Shown piece by piece: positions 31,191-41,700 of a DNA stretch of 64,000 nt. The DNA is from Tubulanus polymorphus (lineage: Eukaryota > Animalia > Nemertea). Position numbers and translations under genes: made by a program. The DNA lies in the NCBI RefSeq assembly GCF_964204645.1, contig NC_134030.1:913355-977354 (forward strand), in the 5' to 3' direction. Under the pieces are notes generated by a model. It searched no databases, had not been told where the DNA came from, and was given only the letters and a program-made list of their open reading frames with translations. Within the stretch, counting starts at the first letter, position 1; the number at the start of each line of letters is the position of its first letter.

Positions 31191-31989
31191 ATTAATCACA
31201 TGTCTGTAAGATCAATGAGATACCTTACATTTCGAACAACTTATAGAATAGAAAATAGAAAATTTTGGTCTTAAATGAATCTCTCAGAATTTTCTGTAGT
31301 AATGATTCCTTCTCTGTTGGTGACAGCATCCGATTATTTCTTAGAACATGGTTGATAATGATGAAATATAATGTAACTTGTATTTGGATGGGGGGGGGGG
31401 GTTATAGAGGTAGTTATTGGGAGGTCAGTTGGGAGGGCGGTTTCACCTCACTCATTACGTGCTTATGTTTTGCTAGTTATAATGTGTTTTCTAGTATTTT
31501 GTTGTGTAATATCAATGCATTTAGTTTCTATATACAATAATGTTAATGATAACCAGAGAATAAACAACCGGGTTTTCTACTTAACTTCAATTATTATTAG
31601 ATATATATATATATATTAATATTAATATTAATATTGTATTTTTTGATTGTAAATATTAACGTGTGTATCGTGTAAATGTTTGTGTCCGATTGGATGAATT
31701 TAAAACGTTTTAAATGAAAATCTTCGCAAATATTAGAATATTATCTCCAGATATTTTCGAGACTTTCATGACTCAATTCGTTTTTGTGAAATAGTAATGT
31801 TTGAAAATGATTTGATTGTTTATTGCTCAGCCTGCGAAATGCTCATAATAGAAAAAAAACAGCCTCGATTTATTTTGTGATTCAATTTAATTGTAGCGTT
31901 TATTTTTTACATTGTAACCATTTCTAAACAGTAGTTACAACTAAATGAATTAGTTACAATGTATTATGAAATCCCACATTAAGAATACT

Positions 31990-32238
31990 TGAAATGTCTC
32001 TTTGGAAATGTCTCTTTGAGCTAATATTTAATTAAACTTTTCAACTATATCCTAATAATCATTTTCAGGGATACTGATGTTGTCCTCATTATAACCATTG
32101 ATGAAACATTCTGAGTTTGTGTTGTGAAGATAATATAAAATTCCTGCATACTAAGAGTTTATACGAGAAATATTTCCATGAACTCAATGTTTATTCCATG
32201 TTTCGACTTAAACCCGATAGTCATCTTCAGGAATACTG
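31990..32238 (-). mobile_element. Degenerate ~1.4-mer of the same hammerhead-containing repeat (monomer ~160-170 nt)
   Basis: Two hammerhead relics ~162 nt apart, separated by the spacer gatgttgtcctcattataaccattgatgaaac...gataatataaaattcctgca that also flanks the 47.5-kb array. Confidence 0.65.
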
Positions 32239-33404
32239 ACCAGACTAAATTATGTTTTTTTCGAATAGACCACCGTTTCATGGACAATTATCCGACTTAA
32301 TTTTTCTTTCTTACTGTGCAGAGATTTTATTATATAGTTTCAAACAGAAACTCAAGAGTTTTTCACTTACAATTCAACCAATAGTTCGAAATGTAATTAA
32401 TATTGATAACTAATTGGTTTATTTCGTGTAAATATTGTGAAAATTGAAACAAGTTTTAATTAATGTTGATATATCAATACATATCAATATATAGATATAT
32501 TTTACTGGCATAATTTCAGATATATCGAAAATCAATAATACACGAGCATAATTCAAATCAATAATATCAGTGCTTCCAGTGTATTGGTCGTCATATCAAC
32601 AACGATCGTCATTGTTAATTCAGGTCCAGTAGTAGATTATAACAACGCCTACCACCGGGTGGCGTTAGCGTAGTAATTGATTGTCAAATGTCAAATTCTA
32701 GTCGAAAAACATGTGATAACAAAAAATGAAAATGAATGATTATGTAAGAAAGTATAATTTGCGATGACAAAATTGGTATATTGTGTATAAAGGAATGATA
32801 ATTGTAGTGTTTGATAGTGTTGTAAGTGTTTCCCAACCCCCCGGTTCCAGCCACCCCCCTGATCGAGTCGACCCCCTTTTCTCTTTTCAATTTGCTCCTT
32901 GTATATACAATACGTAACATTGACAGTAATAATGTATCATTGTAATCTAATGAACTGATAAAAATCGTGTCATATTTGCATAATATAAAGTTATATATAG
33001 TACTGACTCTGTGGGGTGTGTCGTGGGGTGAAGGTCAACATGGGGTTTGGAGAACTTTAGGGGATCTGAATAGACTAGGGGTAGGGCGAGTGAGGGATTG
33101 ACAAGACAAATAGGGTTACGGGGTATCAAGGTTATAGGGAGTAAGTAGGGCTATATGGGGATTGTACCTGGGCATGATGGGTTAGTAATGGGGTTCTATG
33201 GGGTTCCCAGGTTAAAGGCCTGGGATTTAAATATATATTGTATATATTGATAGGTGCTATTCAACCAGTGAATAAACAATGAATAAATGAAAACGAATTT
33301 CTTCTTCTTGTTTTTGAATTTTCTTATGAAGTAATCGTGAATAATTGTCGTTGGTGGTTTTAGACTTTATCAAAGAATTTTAGGTATTTGAAAGAAAATC
33401 TATA

Positions 33405-33725
33405 TTACTCGCGTGCCATAGTTAGATGCAATATCACACTCCGTCAAGTGCTGCCCCTTTACAAATCGTTAGCGGTGAATCTGAGAACTAAATTTGTACT
33501 CGCATGCCACAACAGGAATATCGAACTATTTCAGTTTTCGACCGTCGGATGCTGCCCCTATATTAACGATTAGTGGCAAAACTGTGAACTAACTTATAGC
33601 TCGCGTGCCGCAGTAGAATCATACCGAGTTCATTTAAATCTTGACCGTTTGGTGCTGCCGCTACGATAATAAGTAGTGGTGAATCTGTGAACTAACTACT
33701 TGCGTGCCACAGTTGGAATATCGAG
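33405..33725. repeat. ~95-bp degenerate tandem repeat of a dispersed family
   Basis: ctcgcgtgccacagt...accgtcaagtgctgccc...gcggtgaatctgtgaacta; also at ~38935-39020 and 45120-45315. Confidence 0.7.
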
Positions 33726-34891
33726 ATAAGCTCGTTATGCAGCTGTGACGCAGAATCTAGTTTCAGATCAAACATTGAATAAAAAAGCCACTAAATCATA
33801 GTTTAATGACACTGGGTGATTCGTGGGTATCAAAATATATATGCCATGAATTATATTGAATACGGTTTAGTAGTTGGATTTCTGGTGACGGTAGTTACTT
33901 CAAGCTGTTACGCGCGCTTAAAGTAATCCCAATTAAAACGTATTTAAGTTAAATAGTCTATAGTTTTCGTACATGCACCGCAGGGGACTGAGTGATATCT
34001 GCTGACATACAGCACCCCCAGGACGTTCTTCTTTAGTGTTCTTACAGTATTTGACTACAAGGGACAGTACACAGAAACCCCGGATCTAACTTAAGTTACC
34101 TCACGGTACTAGCCGTTCCATAGTCAAGACCAAAGGTGGTCTTGAATCTTAAGACTGGTCTTAAGCTGTTAGATCAGCTATAGGACTAAGTTGGTTTTAG
34201 AACGGTCTTAAGTCTATGCCCTGACTATGGAACCAGCCCCTGGAGCCCACGACGTAACTCATGTTACCCCGAAGCAGTAAACTACCCACAGTAGCTCTAG
34301 ACGAACTTATACAGCTCCTCAGTATCCTAGTGGCGCGTTGTCATAGTATCATTACATCCAGGTTTCCTAAGCTACCTTTTAGTGCAACAAGTCACTGACA
34401 GTCGCCAGGCCGACCTACGCCCGGATACAGAGCCTGGGTAAGATTCATAGAACTGGGCCCCTCGCTGAAGATTTGTAAATAGAAAAATGATTCTTTTTTC
34501 TCATTCTTCCAGTTATAAAAACAATCACATCGAATAGTCCAGCCGGATTTTAGGCCTATATCAATGCGGGAAATTTTGATAATGTTTTTTCATAGTGATT
34601 TATGTAATTTTTCATAAATAATTCAGGAATCATTACATCAACATGTGACAAGACTTATATACAATACAAACACTAAACAGCTCTTTGCCACTGAGCCGCG
34701 CGCGCGCACGTCATAATGCCAGATGTTTAAAATCGATAATTTACCGATCCGATATTCTCTATATAGAAACTCTGTTCTTCATAAACGGCTTTAGTTCGAA
34801 TGAAAATTTGATTGGTTTTTCTGCAGTTGTTACTGTGTGCATGTTGTTGTTGTTTTGTGAGGTCCGCGCGTGACACTTCGTCATCAGCACT

Positions 34892-35108
34892 GTGATACTC
34901 TGGTGATACTCTGGTGATACTCTGGTGATACTCTGGTGATACTCTGGTGATACTCTGTGAGACTCTGTGAGACTCTGGTGATACTCTGGTGATACTCTGG
35001 TGATACTCTGTGAGACTCTGTGAGACTCTGTGATACTCTGGTGATACTCTGGTGATACTCTGTGAGACTCTGTGATACTCCGTGATACTCTGTGATACTC
35101 TATGAGAT
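34892..35108. repeat. 10/11-bp tandem repeat
   Basis: gtga(t/g)actctg(g). Confidence 0.9.
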
Positions 35109-35655
35109 ACGTATATGACTGAATCAGCACAGTTTGATTTCAGGTTAGTAGTTCTATAGGTAGTTTAAGATGTAGTGTGGTTTGAAAGGGTTAGGTTGAG
35201 GGCGGTAATTTGAGGAGGGAGGGGGGGTGTAGTTTGAAAGGGGTAGTTTGAGACTCAATTTCAGCTGAGTAAGCCATCGGGTTAAAGTAAGTACCGGTCT
35301 ATAAATCTCGTCCCATGAAAATCAACTTGGAATTGAACTCAGTTCAGTAAATTCTGACACCCCTGATTTGCATATCTAATGCAAAGCAGACCTGAAAATT
35401 GAACTTGAAATTGAACTCTAAAACTCTCTAAAATTAGATTTCACTGTTACATAGGTAAAAATATAGGGGGTCTATGGCGAAGGGGTTCGTGATTAGACCG
35501 ACAAAATACCAATTTAGTAAATTCTGACTCTCCTAATTTGCATATCTTATGCAAATAAGTTCTGAAAATCAACTTGAAATTGAAGCTGTGTATTCGGTTT
35601 CACTGTTACAAACACACATCAATGTGTCATATTGATTGTTTATTTAACGTGTCAC

Positions 35656-35720
<65 letters not shown>

Positions 35721-35735
35721 CCCGCGCTCACCAGA

Positions 35736-38700
35736 ATGACAGATGGTAAAATATGGATGAACAAAGGATACGATATATTCAAAGATGTGAAAGGTTTAAA
35801 AGCTTTCGAGGATTTACAGAAAATACAATTCAAAGTAAGCGCAAAACCTTCTTAAGTATAAACGCTCCATTTTTATATTGTTTTACTGTGTAGTAACGTG
35901 TGCAGGCCCTCTTCCATACATGGCTTGGTATTTACGGATTGAAACGTATTCATACGTCACAACAATCCTGCAATCCATGTATGGAGTGTTGACGTACCTA
36001 CACACGTCACAATAACCTAGAAATATCTTTTGCACTCATCGGAGCTCATGGCCGCACTATATTAGTCCTACGTAGACACATACGTCACTTCCAGACTTAT
36101 TCATTTACATTACTTCTATTTATTGTTTATGTATGACGTTCGCATCGCAAAGTTTTCAGGTTTTCATTCTTGTATTTCGTTGTAGAAAGCCGGATGTGGC
36201 GGTGGGTCTGTCGGGTTGTGTTTGGAAACGTTTAAATTTAAAACTATTTTCGGCGTCGCTGCCCATAAACAAGGACTGAGACCGAGCCACCCGACAGGAG
36301 TTGGAGGTCTGGGATTCGCTGAAATTTTAGAGAACGATCAAATTCCAGAAAATGATTTTTTTATACCCGGTAGAAGGTGAGTACATAGACCCTAAAATGT
36401 CCAAAAAACATAATTTTACTTGTTTGGTTAATGGGGGTCGAAATCTTACTCTTGGTCAAAAGACATTCGAACCTAGAGTATTTAACTAAAAGCAACTGCG
36501 GTACTGGGTCCTGAAGCCCTCACTCACCAGCGACTCGAATATGATAGCATCTCTCCTCGTCTAAATACCAGTCGTTGTTAGGGTTCCCTACAACGTCTGA
36601 CGCCAAACTGTCATAAAAAGGTTAACTCCTGTTTATTGCAATGGAACAACTGATTTTAGTGTCAAATCAAACCTTTGTACTCAAATAGATTAAATAGTTA
36701 CTCCCTGTATTTTGGCGATGTCGTCACGTTCCTATCCCTATTGAGCTTGACTCAACCGTAACCGTTGCCGAAATCGCTTCATTCACAGATTGATTTAACA
36801 TAGAACATTTTCATTGAAGCCTCGCTATAGTATTGCCACGTGTAGTTCTGCGTAAGGAATCGCTGTTCTTCCCGAGATATCCTCAACATATGTAGTATTT
36901 TGTCGGTGTTGATACCAAAATGATGTTACCACATCTTTTCAAGAGACACAGTGAATCAGGTTCGAACCCCGCTAACGCTTTGAATTCTCATAGTTTCACT
37001 AGAAGAATCAGCTCTGCGCGAAATGACCTCAAATTCACGATATATATGAAAAAATTAACAGCACTATTTGCGATCATTAAAACACCCCCGATAAGGTGCG
37101 TCAAATGATTTATTTGAGTTGGTAAATACTTCATTTTGTCAGTCGCATAGCTAAACAAGTTGATTACAGTATTTGGTGCGTTAAACACGAAAAAGGCTAC
37201 GATTATGCAAATTAGATTGCGTACGCATCTTCGTTGCTGTTCGGAAATGTTCGTCTTCGTGAACTGGACATCTCGTCTGACAAACTGAATAGCGATAAGA
37301 ACTGTAGAAAATATAAAACCAATCCAAGGAATTATTGTCATCATTGAGAAATTATAAATTGCAAGTATTTGCTCAATAATTCTTGAAAAGGTTTTCAACT
37401 GGCAGTTTTTTAAGCCATGCCCAATTGTTCTAATGTGGAAAGTAACACCCAAAGCAGCTTCCGTTACGGCGTAGTATAGAAAAATTGACGAAACAAGATT
37501 CCGGCGTCGAGCCCGGGTCACCAGTCTCCCGATGCGCAAAGGAACCAGTACCGCTATACTGCGCTCCACGGCAAAACACAACAGAATCCACGTAGAGATT
37601 TCAATACTGATATTGATGAGCACCATTCCCAGTTTACACGTGACTTCATTAACGGCGTAGAACACGTAGCGGCCATGAGCCTCGGTGCCGGCCACTATAT
37701 GAATTCGTTCCAGACACTTCAACGAAAAAGTGACGACAAAACTCGTATCAGAAAAAGCTAGCGGTATCAGATACTGGAAGGTGCACGCGTCTATCGTACG
37801 ACGCAGACGGAACAAAACGACTACAGACAGTAAACCCCCCGTAACACCGGTCACCATCCAGAAATAGATGTAAATATTAAACGCATACCAAACTGCGTTC
37901 TGCCACGCACCGGAACGTAGAAACGCGTAACTAACCGTAACGGTGTCGTCTGTTGAGTTTGTCATCGGTGACATCATCCTATCTCAATTTGATATTTGTT
38001 AATGGCCATTTGGTATTCATGTATTTACTACACTTTGATCTTAGCCAATAGGCCGAGAAGCCTATTGGCTAAGTTGGTGAAACACTCACACACTGTCAGT
38101 CCATTAAAAGCTCTCAATTCTAAATACTTTTAAAACCAAAGCAAACTAGAATGAGCTGTTAATGCGTATTTAGGACCAAATCGTAAAGTCAGGAATGATT
38201 CGAACGTTAAGATGAATTTACACCAAAGTTATTGATCTATTTCATTTAGAAATACACTGTAGCAAATTTGAAATGTGAAAACTTCAAGCAACAAAATAAA
38301 GATGCGTTAATTTCACCAGTCAACAGAGGCTTGTAATTAATTAACAATTTGCTCAAACGACGCCTAGTGAGATATTCCCAGTACCGGTAGTTGCAATTCA
38401 AATGCAAAATCTTTCTCCCGTGCCCAAATTTAGGTCGGGTCTGGTCCGACTTTTTGGTCGGGCCAAATTTAGCCTATGACCAATGATATACTTATTATCT
38501 ACAAGTATTGTGGTTATTTACAGATTTCGAGTTCGAATTCGTCACGGTAATTTCAACCTCGATGACGACGCTGGTTTAGACGGACGATCAGCATCCATTA
38601 AGTTTATCGATGCGGAAGATGGAGGTCCATTGGATCTGGTAATGAATACCGGTCATATCAATTTCTTCCACAATCTCGTATCGTTCGGCGAATTCACCGA

Positions 38701-41700
38701 ATCGTTCATACTCGATAATATCAACGGATTTAGAGATTGGCTTTTCAAATATCCGATCAAGTAAGTTCTCTTTTTCAAATTCATCCCTGTTTTGAGAACT
38801 TGCTTTGATATATCATTTATAGTTTATCATCTAAACGAGTCCAAATAGCAGGCGAGTCTTGAGAACAGATTTCACAAAAAAAAATATTCAATGAATTTAT
38901 ATTTATAAGTGAGATTACATCGTAATTATCAACTGCAGTAGGAATGCCTATCTCTATCGGATTTCGACCGTCAAGTGCTGCCCCTATATAAATCATTAAC
39001 GGCGAATCTGTGAACTAACTTGTTTTAGAATAAGTTTTTTCCACTCATGAACCTGTTTATATTCATCAAACTATTTCATGTTCCTGTAGCACAGAGGAAA
39101 CCTCAGTCTAGGGACCAGTTAATCAGCAAACAATACGTAGGTCCTCTTTATATTCTAGTATCTACACCGTAATCGAATTGATGAGACGAGCCCCGGATTC
39201 CTATTGTAATATGACGTATTATTGCCACGCAACGGAAATATTCTACGCCAAAGATGGAAAACGGCGATACGCGAGGTTCCGTTTGGTGCCGCGTGATGGC
39301 GTTGCTGACCAAGATTCCGGATTGCCCGATGAGCAGGATCAAAGGGAACTGTGGTAAGTGAGGGATAACGGAAAATACTGAAGTACAAAATATTTGAGTT
39401 GAATTTCGACGAAAAATGAAGTTTTCATTGAAAAAGTTTTTTACTTCATTTTCAACGAAGAGAAATGTTATTTTCGGTGATTTTAATTTCGTCAAGGAAA
39501 AGAGGCAGACGCGAAAATATCGATCTTCCGAAAAACTATCTGCGTCAAGAATTTAAAACGAGGCTCCGTTCCGGTCAGACTGCCAACTATGTCCTACAAA
39601 TACAGCTCCACCTGGTGACGGATACTGACACCCATGAGATATTCAACTCGAGCGTCGCCTGGAATGAGAAGACCCATCCGTGGTTATCGGCAGTAGCCGT
39701 TACTATAACAACCGCCATGGCAGACGACGCCATGGAACGGACGAAAACTAATCTACGTCATCACCCGAAAATGTTGGCCTTTCCGGAAGCGAGAAATCAG
39801 TACGATTACAACTCGCTGGCGCATGCGCGGATAAAAGTCTACCCGGTGTCGCAGGCGGTGAGATTGCGGCGGCTGGCTCCGACAACTGAACCGCAAACTG
39901 AGTATGTAATAGTGGTAAAAACGAGTAATAAAGAGAAGGCGGGAACCGATGGAAGCATCTATATCACTCTTATCGGTAAGATATCATAATCGATCTTTGT
40001 CACTCATTATTTTTGATTACCTAGTTGATCCTGTTTACTCTAGTTATAGTGTCATTCTGCCTATAAATATTGTTAGTGTTTTCTCCATTTACTCATTTAC
40101 CCGATGAAGCTACTACGATGCACTAGCGAAAGTTCGTACTTAGAATAAGTCTCCTTAACCTTCAAAGTATGCCTTAACGTTAAAACTTCCTGGGGCCAGT
40201 TGCACAGTCGCGACTTAAGTCCAAAAGTGTCTTAAATCTTAACACTGGTCTTAAATTGTTGGATTGGCTATAGAACTAAGTTGGTCTTAGACTGGTCTTA
40301 AGTCTAAGCCATGACTATGCAACCGGCCCCCTGTGGCAGTTGCATAGTCATGGCTTAAGACTTAAGACCAGTCTAAGCTCAGTCTTGAGATACTTAAGAC
40401 CACTATTCGACTCGGGAATTAGCGACTGATTCCTGCAGGTATAAAATCAGTTTATCATTTTCTATCTATTTCTGTTAATCAGGCTCGTTGTCCTCGACTC
40501 AACCGATTCTACTCGATCACGAGTTAAAAGATGATTTCCAGCGCGACTCGTTATTGGCCTATGAAGTTTACAGCGTGGACGTCGGAGAGATTCTTGCTAT
40601 AAAGGTTTTTGTACAGTGTTTTTTTTTTATTTCCCTTAATCAGTCGTCAGATTAAATATGAATCATGAATGCTTCATTCTCTCTGATAAGAAATAATTAA
40701 TAAACAAATACAATTTGAAAAATAATTTAAACACGATTTAATCGTAATTTGCTACTAACCTCTATTTTAATCTAATTCAGTAGATTCCGCCTGATAGCGG
40801 TACGTCAGGTCTATTCGCTAAACCGATAGAATAATGGAACTAATTCCTGTCCCCACTGTTTATCAGTGTGAAAAAAAAATCCGAATATTTGCACCAGAAT
40901 TTTTTGTCTGTACCGGCGGTAAAATCGTTATTTTGGTCGAGTCCACTGTGTATTCATTTTAATTGCATTCGGTTCTTCATTTCGAATTAATGATATTTCA
41001 AAACTCAAAAACTCTCAACGAACGTAAGCCTCATACATTGCGATACTATAGGTGCTACCAAAACATGTGTCATCACAGCTCCAGACAGCAGTAGCATTCA
41101 GAGTTGGTCAGGGGCAGTGGTTGACAGTAAATCACGAGTATTCAAAGGTTTTTCTTAGAGTGAATAATTTTTCATATTTTTCTCTGTTTTTCAGATGGAA
41201 TTAAAGACCGGTTTTAAAGATTATGTTTGTTTAGATTATGTTCTAGTGTTTCATACAGAGATGAAATATCACACTGAATTCCCGTGTTATATGTGGTTGA
41301 AAGATGTACTGTATTTACCTAGAGGACATGGTACGTGGATCGACGCACGAGGCGAGCTGAGCCAACTCTCAAAATTATGTTACTCAATTCCATTATAAAA
41401 TGTGAATTAGCTCTGTTGAATTCAGTACCGTAGTTTCTTCTATTGAATAAAATTCCAAATCATAACTGACGATTTATAGCTGCTATTGTTTGAATACATA
41501 GAAAGATCAACTTATCTGTGTCTGACACAACTCATTAGTTGAATTTGACACTACAGTAAAACAGTTAAAGTTAGTTCATTTTCAATTAGTTGCTTTTTAG
41601 AATACAATTTCTAAGCTTCCAACTGGCTGTTTATATTCGCGAAATGGTGGGGGGGGGGACAACTATCCCTTAAAATCGGGTCACAGGTAATAGTTGGTTC

